Shown here one piece after another: positions 41,214 to 50,433 of a stretch of DNA of 64,000 nucleotides. The notes under the pieces are model-generated. The model was not told the origin of the DNA, searched no databases, and saw only the letters and a program-made list of their open reading frames with translations. Every line of letters begins with the position of its first letter. The first letter of the stretch is position 1. The stretch covers positions 1-64,000 of IMG/VR virus record IMGVR_UViG_3300020045_020105; one strand, given 5' to 3'. The position numbers and the translations under genes were made by a program. Source of the stretch: a virus.

Positions 41214-41689
41214 ATAACTTAAAAAATTCAAAAATAGTTATTTTTACTGATGGCTCTTGTAATAGAAAAATAAAATTGGGCGGAATTGGAATTATTCTCT
41301 TATATAAAAATGAAAAAATTACTATTTCTAAAGGATTCTCTAATACAACTAGTCCAAGAATGGAATTAATTGCTGTAATTGAAGCTCTATCCAATGTAAA
41401 TATTACTCATCTTCCAATTGAAATTTTTTGTGATAATCAATATAGTTGTTATATTTGGCAAAAACAATGGTATAGATCCTGGGAAGAACAAGATTTTCTA
41501 GGAACAGCAAATAAGGACTTAATTGTGAGGTACTTAGAACAATTTAGAAGATTTACTAATATAAAAATAAATTGGATAAGAGGACATGGGAGAAATAATG
41601 AAGAAGATATTAATATTCTCAACGAAGAAGCAGATCAATTAGCTAATTATAAACAATTTACAATGTATCTCGAAGATACAAGAACTTAA
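41201..41689 (+). CDS. rnhA: Ribonuclease HI
   Basis: FTDGSC, TTSPRMELIA, DNQY, NKDL, WIRGH, NEEADQLA. Confidence 0.92.
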   Translation: MDKIDNLKNSKIVIFTDGSCNRKIKLGGIGIILLYKNEKITISKGFSNTTSPRMELIAVIEALSNVNITHLPIEIFCDNQYSCYIWQKQWYRSWEEQDFLGTANKDLIVRYLEQFRRFTNIKINWIRGHGRNNEEDINILNEEADQLANYKQFTMYLEDTRT

Positions 41690-41699
41690 TAAGAAACAA

Positions 41700-42758
41700 A
41701 TGTATATAAATCAAAATAATTATATCTATACAAATAAGGGAATACTTCAACTAAAAAATGCGCCTGAACAAGGTTTCCTATTAAATAGAGATAAGCAATT
41801 TATCCCCTACACTAAACTCTCAAGAGTTGAAGAGAAATCAATAAGCATTATCTCCAACATAGACAATGTAAACCTACACCCAACCAATTTTTTATATTTC
41901 TTCAATCAAACTCCAGAAACCGAGAAAACTGCTTTAAAAGATGCAAAAGTACTCGATTATCTATTATCTCCAGTATTTGAATTTGATCCTTTAAGTGCCG
42001 ATAAGAAACTACCAATTATTTCACACAAATTTGAAAACACGTTTCTTTATTTACAAGGTGCTTTATTTATGCAGGGATTAATATCAATTAAAGATGATCA
42101 GATTTATATTCAACGATCTGAATTAAGAGCTAAAACCATAACTACATTAATTCAATTCCTATTAAATACAAAATTGGCTGATTCTAAGATTGAAACTAAA
42201 AAGAACTATAAATCTAAAAATTGTTTCGTACTAAAGTTAACCAGATTAGGAGTTGAAGTTGTTGTGGATTATTTTATGCAACTTAATCCAAAAATATTTA
42301 ACCTCAACCTAGAAAAACGCAGACTATTTTTATCTGGAGTACTCGATATAATGAATTATCACGAAAGTAAATCTGTAATTTCATTAAGAACTAGAGCAGA
42401 TCATATTGCAGCAGAATATAAACAAATTCAAATATTATTCAATTCAATTGGTGTTAAATTTTATCATGTTCCAAACTTAGAAGGACTTGATTTTAGACTT
42501 AAAGAAACACATTTACGTAAATTTAAACATCACTTTATTACTACAATTAAATCCTACAACAACTACAACCTATTCAAAGATAAAGCGTTCTTTGAGTTTT
42601 ATTATACAATGGATGAAAGAATAGTAGATGCTTATGGTTATGATTTTCACAATTACCTTCCAATCTATTTAAATTCAATTAAAGAAGGTCCAGTTGATGT
42701 ATTTCATGAGCTTGATATTACTGAACCTATACTAACAAATAACATCATACTTAGTTAA
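41700..42758 (+). CDS. Stand-alone degenerate intein-like protein (Hint + LAGLIDADG-like)
   Basis: Segments resembling intein blocks A, B, C, E, H, F and G occur in order, without the catalytic residues. Confidence 0.6.
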   Translation: MYINQNNYIYTNKGILQLKNAPEQGFLLNRDKQFIPYTKLSRVEEKSISIISNIDNVNLHPTNFLYFFNQTPETEKTALKDAKVLDYLLSPVFEFDPLSADKKLPIISHKFENTFLYLQGALFMQGLISIKDDQIYIQRSELRAKTITTLIQFLLNTKLADSKIETKKNYKSKNCFVLKLTRLGVEVVVDYFMQLNPKIFNLNLEKRRLFLSGVLDIMNYHESKSVISLRTRADHIAAEYKQIQILFNSIGVKFYHVPNLEGLDFRLKETHLRKFKHHFITTIKSYNNYNLFKDKAFFEFYYTMDERIVDAYGYDFHNYLPIYLNSIKEGPVDVFHELDITEPILTNNIILS

Positions 42759-42764
42759 AGAAAA

Positions 42765-42831
42765 TTTTAACATTCTTTAACATCTTTTAACAAATTTTAA
42801 CATCTTTTAACAAAAATCCTTCGTACCTTTG
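42765..42831 (+). promoter_or_regulatory. Class A promoter: 5 x 10-bp repeats + TACCTTTG
   Basis: Repeats 42765-42814; -7 box 42824-42831. Confidence 0.85.
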
Positions 42832-42892
42832 GGAATTAAGATTAAGTTCTATGATCGAGTCAATTAATAACAACCAAGTAAATAAGATAGTT

Positions 42893-44620
42893 ATGGCAAC
42901 AATTACACCAAGTGAAAAACAAGTAGCGATTTATAATTTTATCGCCCAGGGCACAGGAAATGCAGTTATTTCCGCAGTAGCGGGAAGCGGCAAGACCTAT
43001 ACCATTGTATCTTCAATCAAGTATTTGCCAATTAATCATTCAGCTTTATTTTTAGCTTTCAACAAAGCAATAGTTGAAGAGCTTAAGAGCAGAATACCTT
43101 CAAGTGTAACAACTCAGACCTGCCATAGTTTAGGTTGGAATGCAATTATTCGCAAATTTGGCCGAGTTAAATTGGATAATTGGAAAACATGGAATGCAAT
43201 GAAGGCAGTTTCTAAGGCCCAGAATTGGGGTGAAGAGTGCCTTGAGTACACATATATGAAGAGAGTAGAGCAATTGGTTGGCTTAATCAAAGTTAATTTA
43301 GCTGAAACATTTGCAGAAGTATCTGAATTGGCAGAAAAACACGAAGTTGAAATCTTAAATGGCGAAATTGAAAAAGCACTTGCCATTCTTGAAGTGTGTA
43401 ATAAAGATACTCGCAATTTTGACTATGCAGATATGCTTTACATTCCAATTAAAATGAATATCACATTAATTAAATATGATTTCGTTTATATTGATGAGTG
43501 CCAGGATTTAAACAAAGCTCAACAACAATTAATGCTTCGTTCTTTATCACCAAGAGGCAGATTTATTGCTGTAGGTGATCCTCAACAAGCAATTTATGGT
43601 TTTGCCGGTGCTGATGTAAATTCATTCAACAATTTACTTTCAATTCCAAATACAACTACTTTCCCACTTTCAGTGAATTATCGTTGTGGAAGACAAATTA
43701 TTAACTTGGCAAAGAAAATAGTACCTCAATTAGAGCATTTTGAAGGAACAGGCGAAGGATTAGTAGATAGAGATGCTTCTTACAAAACCATTAAAGATGG
43801 AGATATGGTACTTTGTAGAAATACAGCTCCACTTGTTAAAATGTGTCTTCAATTCCTTGCTCAACAACAGAAAGCTTATGTAAAGGGTGGTGATATAGGT
43901 ATAAATTTAATTAACCTGATCAAGAAACAAAAACAACGTTCTTTGAGTATGTTAATTAAAGTATCATTACCTAATGAACTTTTAGAAGTAAAATCAAAAC
44001 TTGCTCAAAAATACCCATATTTACTAGACGAAGACAGAGAAGAATTACCTGCTTATCGTATCTTAGTAGATAAAATTCAAGTACTTGAAGCAATCGTTGA
44101 TAATTGTGACGATATTCTTACTGTGGATAATTTGATCTCTAAAATTGAGTTCATTTTCTCAGATGGTAAAGCAGGGATTTGTTTCTCAACTATTCACAAA
44201 GCAAAGGGCTTAGAAAGTGAAAACGTTCACATTATTGAAGAGTTTTTAATGCCAAGTAAATATGCTAAGAAAGATTGGCAGAAAGTACAGGAATCTAATT
44301 TAGAATATGTTGCTTACACAAGAGCAAAGAAAACATTAAACTTTATTAGTGACTGGAGCTTCAAACACACAAGCTTTCTTGATCTTGGGCTGGATTTCAA
44401 ACGTGAGAGCAGAGTAGCAAAACTTGAGTTCACTTTTATTACAGTATCTTCAAGAGATAAATTCTCAATTTCAAAAGGAGATATTGTACGTTTAAAAGGT
44501 GGAGAACAAGGAATGATTTCAAGAAATGCTTCTTTAAAGGATATGGAACTTGTTTATGAAGGTAAAGTAATTAAATTTACAAAAGAAGATATTACAGGTG
44601 TAGTTTCAAACGATATTTAA
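42893..44620 (+). CDS. UvrD/Rep-family SF1 helicase
   Basis: AVAGSGKT, AFN, DECQD, VGDPQQAIYGFAGA, NYRC, TIHKAKGLE, YVAYTRAK. Start set at 42893 by the AGATAGTTATG motif. Confidence 0.93.
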   Translation: MATITPSEKQVAIYNFIAQGTGNAVISAVAGSGKTYTIVSSIKYLPINHSALFLAFNKAIVEELKSRIPSSVTTQTCHSLGWNAIIRKFGRVKLDNWKTWNAMKAVSKAQNWGEECLEYTYMKRVEQLVGLIKVNLAETFAEVSELAEKHEVEILNGEIEKALAILEVCNKDTRNFDYADMLYIPIKMNITLIKYDFVYIDECQDLNKAQQQLMLRSLSPRGRFIAVGDPQQAIYGFAGADVNSFNNLLSIPNTTTFPLSVNYRCGRQIINLAKKIVPQLEHFEGTGEGLVDRDASYKTIKDGDMVLCRNTAPLVKMCLQFLAQQQKAYVKGGDIGINLINLIKKQKQRSLSMLIKVSLPNELLEVKSKLAQKYPYLLDEDREELPAYRILVDKIQVLEAIVDNCDDILTVDNLISKIEFIFSDGKAGICFSTIHKAKGLESENVHIIEEFLMPSKYAKKDWQKVQESNLEYVAYTRAKKTLNFISDWSFKHTSFLDLGLDFKRESRVAKLEFTFITVSSRDKFSISKGDIVRLKGGEQGMISRNASLKDMELVYEGKVIKFTKEDITGVVSNDI

Positions 44621-44631
44621 AAAAGATAGTT

Positions 44632-45024
44632 ATGAAAAAACAAATTAAATTATTAAAATCAAAGTTCTTCAATTGGTTGTTTAAAGATCAAATTTTGGAA
44701 TTAAAAAAGTTAACAGAAGATACTGCTTTTAGAATAGCTAAATATGCTGATAATGCAGAAATATCTAAAAATGAGTGTTATAAACAAGAAAAAGTCCTTA
44801 GGAATACTGTAGGTAGCATTCAGGTAGCGACAGATATTCACTTAAGATCTCCTAGTTGGGCTGTGATTTGTATTCAAGGGAAGAAGGCGGACTTTGTTAA
44901 ATTTATTGATTTAGATCAAAGATCAATAAATGATATTGCCCAGTATCTTCGCAGATTTGAAAGACAAAATGTAGTAGCAGATATGCCTTATTGTGTACCT
45001 AAAGATCAATTTTTTAGAATATAA
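44632..45024 (+). CDS. Hypothetical protein
   Basis: ORF with AGATAGTTATG start motif. Confidence 0.55.
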   Translation: MKKQIKLLKSKFFNWLFKDQILELKKLTEDTAFRIAKYADNAEISKNECYKQEKVLRNTVGSIQVATDIHLRSPSWAVICIQGKKADFVKFIDLDQRSINDIAQYLRRFERQNVVADMPYCVPKDQFFRI

Positions 45025-45036
45025 ATTTAAACCGTC

Positions 45037-45483
45037 ATGATTGCAGAAGAAAAACCTATCTTACAATTAAAAGGTACCTTCAATGATGAAGGTATCATCT
45101 GGGAAGAGATAAAAGAGTGGAAATCTATTGTTGAAATCAAAGATGCCCTCTTACTCCCTCACTCTCTAATTAATCAAGCCCTTAAAAAGGGTTATAAAGG
45201 AGCAGGATTTTGGTGGATTTATAAGGATAAATACGAAAAAGGAGAAAGACCGGCAGAAGGTATCCAAGTAAGAAACCAAATTATCTATGCCTATACTCTT
45301 GAAGATACTTGCTTAGGTAAATTTGAAAATGCTATTTTAGCAGGTCGTCATCTTGGGGTATCTGTCTCAAATGTAAGGAAATGTGCAAAAGGAGAAATTC
45401 CTAAATTAAGGGAGTTTAAATTTACTCATATTCCAAAACGCAAAGAAGAATCACAATTGAAATTTACAAAAGTTCTTATTTAA
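45037..45483 (+). CDS. Tandem NUMOD1-like HTH DNA-binding protein
   Basis: WKSIVEI...I.QAL....AGFWW.Y and F.NA..A.R.LG....V.KC.KG repeats; no nuclease domain seen. Confidence 0.55.
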   Translation: MIAEEKPILQLKGTFNDEGIIWEEIKEWKSIVEIKDALLLPHSLINQALKKGYKGAGFWWIYKDKYEKGERPAEGIQVRNQIIYAYTLEDTCLGKFENAILAGRHLGVSVSNVRKCAKGEIPKLREFKFTHIPKRKEESQLKFTKVLI

Positions 45484-45506
45484 TCATAAATTTAAAAATT
45501 AAAACC

Positions 45507-45671
45507 ATGTACGAAGATTACAAAATTATCTCAGAAAAATCAACAGCAGCAGTAACAAAAGCAGTAGTGAAAGCAATGGAAGAATTTTGGGAACCAGTAG
45601 GCGGAATTTGTTTCGACGGAGCCAATTATCACCAGGCTATCGCTTTACCGGCTGAGGAAGAAGAAGAGTAA
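45507..45671 (+). CDS. DUF1737-like small protein (not in ORF track)
   Basis: MYEDYKIIS...V...M...WEPVGG......YHQA. Confidence 0.6.
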   Translation: MYEDYKIISEKSTAAVTKAVVKAMEEFWEPVGGICFDGANYHQAIALPAEEEEE

Positions 45672-45673
45672 TC

Positions 45674-46120
45674 ATGTCTGAAACTTCTCAGAACTTAAAT
45701 CAGTACAAGGAGCAATTTGATGCTCTTTGTACTGAAGTTAGGGAACTTAAGAAAATATTCCCTAAAGAATACACTATGGGCCAACTTATGAAGAATTATC
45801 AACATTCAAAAGGTGGTTTAGCTCAATATGTTTATTATTTAGTTTCGATTGGATTTGCCAAAAAGGTAGATAAAAATGGAACTTATTTTTACTCATTTGT
45901 TCCTAATTTATCTGAAGTAGTTGTCGGGTTAGAGGCAACAATTGAAGAAATTAAAAAAGCTCTTAGTGATGGTAATATTAAACTAACTCAAATGCAGATT
46001 TTAAGATTTGCTATTGAGAAAGAATTAAAGCCATCTATACCGGAACCCATTGCAGAAGAATCTAAACCCATTCAACGTAAAAGAAAAAATGCAAAAACAG
46101 TTAGTGAAGATAATCAATAA
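45674..46120 (+). CDS. Hypothetical protein (possible winged helix)
   Basis: LVSIGFAKK...YFY pattern. Confidence 0.45.
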   Translation: MSETSQNLNQYKEQFDALCTEVRELKKIFPKEYTMGQLMKNYQHSKGGLAQYVYYLVSIGFAKKVDKNGTYFYSFVPNLSEVVVGLEATIEEIKKALSDGNIKLTQMQILRFAIEKELKPSIPEPIAEESKPIQRKRKNAKTVSEDNQ

Positions 46121-46571
46121 ATCACCCTTTCCACTTCCAACTTATGCTACTGCAATGTCTGCAGGGTTGGATTTGAGAGCAGATCTAACAGTTGACTATT
46201 CAATAGAAGAAGGAACTGTCAATAAGTTATCGAGAACAAAGATATGTTTATCTCCAGGGGCCAGAATAACCTTTCAAACAGGTTTATATGTTGAATTACC
46301 TCCTGGAGGAGAATTTCAAATAAGACCAAAATCAGGACAATCAAAAAGAAAAGGAATTACTTGTTTTTTAGGAACTATTGATTCTGATTATAGAGGAAAT
46401 ATCGCAATTATTTTGCACAACACAAGTTCTTATGATCAGATTATAGAGCATGGTGAAAAAATCGCTCAAATGGTCTATGCAAAATTTGATCAGGTTAAAT
46501 GGGAAGAAGTAGAAGTTTTATCAGAAACAGAAAGAGGAGAAGGCGGATTCGGACATACAGGAAAATTTTAA
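46089..46571 (+). CDS. dut: dUTPase
   Basis: AGLDL, RPKSG, GTIDSDYRG, IAQ, RGEGGFGHTG. Confidence 0.93.
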   Translation: MQKQLVKIINKSPFPLPTYATAMSAGLDLRADLTVDYSIEEGTVNKLSRTKICLSPGARITFQTGLYVELPPGGEFQIRPKSGQSKRKGITCFLGTIDSDYRGNIAIILHNTSSYDQIIEHGEKIAQMVYAKFDQVKWEEVEVLSETERGEGGFGHTGKF

Positions 46572-46572
46572 C

Positions 46573-46600
46573 AAAGGGGAGAGAAATCTCCCTTTAATTT
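46573..46600 (+). terminator. Hairpin terminator
   Basis: AAAGGGGAGA-GAAA-TCTCCCTTT followed by a T-rich tract. Confidence 0.65.
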
Positions 46601-46608
46601 TATTTAAA

Positions 46609-46908
46609 ATGGAACAAATAGCAAAACGATTACCATTTGTCTCTACAGCACTTATTTGTGGTGTAGATCTAGCTAATGATGTTGAGGATTCTCAGTCAGT
46701 AACTATATTAATTGTTCTAACTGATGAATTTAATAAAAAACAAATAAAAATAGTAGCAAAAAATGAAGCAGATTTGCTTACTAAGTATGGAATTGAATTT
46801 GAGAAAGAGGTTGAGCATAAACGATTATTGTTTGAAAGTAAGCTCAAATCATATAATATTATATTAAAAAGACTGTTGGAAGATGGAAAAATATTACTCG
46901 CTAAGTAA
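46609..46908 (+). CDS. Hypothetical protein
   Basis: ORF. Confidence 0.45.
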   Translation: MEQIAKRLPFVSTALICGVDLANDVEDSQSVTILIVLTDEFNKKQIKIVAKNEADLLTKYGIEFEKEVEHKRLLFESKLKSYNIILKRLLEDGKILLAK

Positions 46909-47293
46909 ACAATCAACTATCCCTTATCAAGCTGGAGTAGGTTGTATTTTAACTAAGGAAATAATTGACACCCAAATAGATACCTATTGGGGGGTAATAG
47001 ATAAGAAAACAGCAAAAAGGGTACGAAATAGGAGAGGGGGATCTAAAGTTTACTCTGAAATAATGATTATAAGAGTATGGTGCTACTCAGTTTTATTAAA
47101 AGGTAATTTAAGAGAAATTGGGGAATTAATAGGAAGGGATCATAGTAGTATAATTTTTTCAAAGAAAAAGATATATAATTTTTATATATCTGATCCTATT
47201 TTCAGAAAGAAATTTTTAGACTTTATTATTTTATTGAGTCCAGAGCTAGAAGTATTTTTAGATGAACAAAATAGATCAATAGAAATAAAATGA
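46883..47293 (+). CDS. DnaA domain IV-like HTH protein
   Basis: LREIGELIGRDHSSIIFSKKKI resembles the DnaA signature L..IG..FG.RDHTTV.HA..KI. Confidence 0.65.
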   Translation: MEKYYSLSKQSTIPYQAGVGCILTKEIIDTQIDTYWGVIDKKTAKRVRNRRGGSKVYSEIMIIRVWCYSVLLKGNLREIGELIGRDHSSIIFSKKKIYNFYISDPIFRKKFLDFIILLSPELEVFLDEQNRSIEIK

Positions 47294-47487
47294 TTACAAG
47301 ATATTTAGTAGATAATAAATCCCAAATTTTCACTGTAATGGTAGAAAATGGATATGTTATATCTAGTACTTATAGAAAAAAGAAAATTAATTCTCAAATA
47401 ATAGGGGATACGGAAGAATTCTTCTTGAATTGGCTTGAGGAAGTAGAATTGGACAAACACTTTACTAAAACAATTGAAGATGAGTAA
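47290..47487 (+). CDS. Hypothetical protein
   Basis: ORF. Confidence 0.4.
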   Translation: MITRYLVDNKSQIFTVMVENGYVISSTYRKKKINSQIIGDTEEFFLNWLEEVELDKHFTKTIEDE

Positions 47488-48526
47488 CAAACTAATTATT
47501 CCAGAAAATAACCAGGAAGATATCTCTCCAGAAAAACAAGAGTTTCTAGCTTTAAAGGTAGAGGTATTTGAATCTGAGGATAGATTTATAAAGACTTCAG
47601 ATGCAAAAATTACAATAGATTGCATCGACAGTATTTCTAAAATTAAATCTCAGGTCACTCACTTAGGGTTTACTGAAAGAGAAAGAGTTATGGAACAAGT
47701 TAAGAGCTTTAAGCTCAAGATGGAAAAGTTCCGTAAAATGCGTCATCAGTACTTAGATACTTCAATACCAGAAATTTCACGTCAGTGGTTAGATGAGAAA
47801 TCATCAAAAATAATAGATATGTTTGGGAGATTCTATACTCCAGAAGATATTTATAAGGTAATTAGAGTAGATTGGGGTGTAGAAGAAGTCGATCTAGTTT
47901 CTCTCCAATGCTTTTATGAACAACATATTGAAACAATTCAGGAATTAAGAACTCAATACAAAGAAAGTATAGATGATTTAAGACTTACTCATAAAAAGGT
48001 AAGGCTTGAAGAGTTAACCAATATGTATGGAGTAAGAAAAGATATTTATTCTACAACTTCCTCTAAACTTGACGAAAAAGCATTGCTAGATTTATTAGCA
48101 GCAATTCGTAAAGAAACAGAAGGAGATGTAATAAATATTAATGGAAAACTAGATATTACTGCCGAAATTTCTATAAAACATCAACTTCAACAAGAGATAC
48201 TTAAGGACTTCAATCTATCATTTTTAATTGTAAGTCATGTTGCAGCTCGATTGGGGATCAATCCTCTGCATATAGTAAATAGATTAGCCAATTCTTACTA
48301 TGCTAAATTTTCAGGGTTTGCAAGATCAGCAAATATTTTAGAGGAAGAAATAGTTTATCCGACAAATTTAATTTATGATTTCAACGAAATAGCAAAAAAA
48401 CAAGAACAATTTGCAATTGAGGACGTAATAAGTCAAGAACCACACAATCTTCCTTTTACAGAAGCTCAAGAAATACTATCAATTAAACAGCAACTACTTG
48501 CTAAAATAAGCGCAATGAAACGATGA
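47474..48526 (+). CDS. Putative terminase small subunit-like (DUF2280-like) protein
   Basis: HTH-like segment followed by R..Y......L.HK.VRLEEL...LL..IRKE. Confidence 0.4.
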   Translation: MKMSNKLIIPENNQEDISPEKQEFLALKVEVFESEDRFIKTSDAKITIDCIDSISKIKSQVTHLGFTERERVMEQVKSFKLKMEKFRKMRHQYLDTSIPEISRQWLDEKSSKIIDMFGRFYTPEDIYKVIRVDWGVEEVDLVSLQCFYEQHIETIQELRTQYKESIDDLRLTHKKVRLEELTNMYGVRKDIYSTTSSKLDEKALLDLLAAIRKETEGDVININGKLDITAEISIKHQLQQEILKDFNLSFLIVSHVAARLGINPLHIVNRLANSYYAKFSGFARSANILEEEIVYPTNLIYDFNEIAKKQEQFAIEDVISQEPHNLPFTEAQEILSIKQQLLAKISAMKR

Positions 48527-48768
48527 AAAGTACAAAAACACTTAGAGATTTAACACTTGAACAGTTAAAAGAAGAGATAACTATAGTTCAAGATAAAAAT
48601 TCAATTAGTTTAACTGATAAATTCAATACAAAAGTAACTATAACATTCCCAACAAGTCTTGAAAATATTTTACAGACTATAATTAAAGATGAAATTTGTT
48701 TATCAATAATTAAACGTAGATTATTTACTACTACTGAATTTCAAACTAAGCATAGGCTTAGTTATTAA
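48523..48768 (+). CDS. Hypothetical protein
   Basis: ORF. Confidence 0.45.
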   Translation: MKSTKTLRDLTLEQLKEEITIVQDKNSISLTDKFNTKVTITFPTSLENILQTIIKDEICLSIIKRRLFTTTEFQTKHRLSY

Positions 48769-48769
48769 A

Positions 48770-48846
48770 CTTTAACATCCTTTAACATCTTTTAACATCT
48801 TTTAACAAATTTTAACATCTTTTAACAAAAATCCTTCGTACCTTCG
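48770..48846 (+). promoter_or_regulatory. Class A promoter: 6 x 10-bp repeats + TACCTTCG
   Basis: Repeats 48770-48829; -7 box 48839-48846. Confidence 0.85.
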
Positions 48847-48891
48847 GATATTATTAAGGATTTAGAATATTTAACCATTAAATTAGATTGT

Positions 48892-49242
48892 ATGTCAGCT
48901 CAAGATTACATTATCCCAACAAAACAATATCCAGTATTTAAGGCTACTTGTACAGCATTTGGTTATATTGAAACTGGAATGTATAAACAATGGAATATTA
49001 AGAATGAAACAACTAATTTAGTTGGTGATACTTTTGCTCTTAATTTTATGGATGCTGTGAGAATGCTTCATGAATGGATTAAGGAAAACGAAGAGTATGT
49101 CGTTAATTATAACCATAAATGTAGGTTCTTAATTGAAATCATGGATGGAAATGTAGATAAATTTGGGGATCCAATAGAGAGAGAAGTCTATTCAATAGAT
49201 TGGTATAAAGTTAAAAAATATATTATTGATCAATATAAATAA
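48892..49242 (+). CDS. Hypothetical early protein
   Basis: First ORF after a class A promoter. Confidence 0.55.
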   Translation: MSAQDYIIPTKQYPVFKATCTAFGYIETGMYKQWNIKNETTNLVGDTFALNFMDAVRMLHEWIKENEEYVVNYNHKCRFLIEIMDGNVDKFGDPIEREVYSIDWYKVKKYIIDQYK

Positions 49243-49250
49243 AGATCGTT

Positions 49251-49433
49251 ATGAAAAAAGGTATGATATTTGATTTAAGTGTAGGAAGCGATAAAGTAAG
49301 AGTAGTTGCTATTTCAGATGTTGCTGTTCGTGGATTGTTGAGTGGTGAAGTGGTAGTAGGTAGTAGTAGCGATTTTGAAGAAGATATTACCAGTTCGTTA
49401 GTAGTAGAAGATATTTATTCGTTAACCAAATAA
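49251..49433 (+). CDS. Hypothetical protein
   Basis: AGATCGTTATG start motif. Confidence 0.5.
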   Translation: MKKGMIFDLSVGSDKVRVVAISDVAVRGLLSGEVVVGSSSDFEEDITSSLVVEDIYSLTK

Positions 49434-49444
49434 AAAAGATTGTA

Positions 49445-50431
49445 ATGAAGACTGTAGCAGAAAAAATAGCTAAATTGCTTGCCAAAGCAGATAGCTCAAA
49501 AAAGAATGGTGAAATTGAAGAAGCAGAAATATTTGCAGCTCATGCAAATCGTTTAATGACAATTAATCAAATCACTGTTGAAGATATTGCAAACATTGGT
49601 GGAGATAGGGAAAAACCAAGATTTGAAGAACCAATCCAAGAAACCTCAATCTTCAACTCACTTTATAAAAACAAAACAGAGGGAACTTGGGAAAGTTCGC
49701 TAATAAATACCATTGCAAGAAACAACTTCTGCAGTGCTTTATTTTTAGGCAATACTTCATTCCATTTAATTGGAACAGCTTCGAATGTTGAATGTTGCTT
49801 ATTTTTATTTGATGTGATTAAGGAGAAATTCAGAGCAGCAGCAAACAATACTTACTCACAACTTGTTGTAAATACAAGAAATAAATATTCAAAAAGTTGT
49901 TCTAGTTTATTAGAAGCATCAAATTGGTTTAATTACACCTATCCAGAGTTCATCTCTACAATGAATGATTTTATGCCTTCTGATTATAGTGATTCTATGA
50001 AAGGTAAATATCAGATTTATAAACTTAAAAATCTGAAAGTAGTGGATATTCCAGAAAGAAGTGTTTATATTCGTAGTTTCTTATTGGGAGCAGTTTCTGG
50101 TTTAAATCAAAAATATAAAAAGGAAAAAGAACAATTTATGGCTGATCTTCAGTCAGAGAATCAAGCTATACTGAATCAAATAACTGAAGAAGGTAATTTG
50201 GGTTTAGTAAAAACATCAAAAGAACTTGTAAAATTGATTCAAGATATAGCTCTAAAAAATGAGTCTAAAATAAAGGACTTTATGAAAGTAAAACACCCTA
50301 ATACTACAACTACAAGAGGAGAGAGTGCAGGAGATTGGGGTGCACATAGTGCAGGTACCAAATTTGGTCAAAATATCGGAATAAATAAAGGTGTATCTTA
50401 TTCAGGAACTTCAACCAAACAACTTAATTAA
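49445..50431 (+). CDS. DUF2786-domain protein
   Basis: KIAKLLAKA......EAE...A.A..LM; W...L...IA..NFC; RSFLLG. Confidence 0.7.
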   Translation: MKTVAEKIAKLLAKADSSKKNGEIEEAEIFAAHANRLMTINQITVEDIANIGGDREKPRFEEPIQETSIFNSLYKNKTEGTWESSLINTIARNNFCSALFLGNTSFHLIGTASNVECCLFLFDVIKEKFRAAANNTYSQLVVNTRNKYSKSCSSLLEASNWFNYTYPEFISTMNDFMPSDYSDSMKGKYQIYKLKNLKVVDIPERSVYIRSFLLGAVSGLNQKYKKEKEQFMADLQSENQAILNQITEEGNLGLVKTSKELVKLIQDIALKNESKIKDFMKVKHPNTTTTRGESAGDWGAHSAGTKFGQNIGINKGVSYSGTSTKQLN

Positions 50432-50433
50432 CT

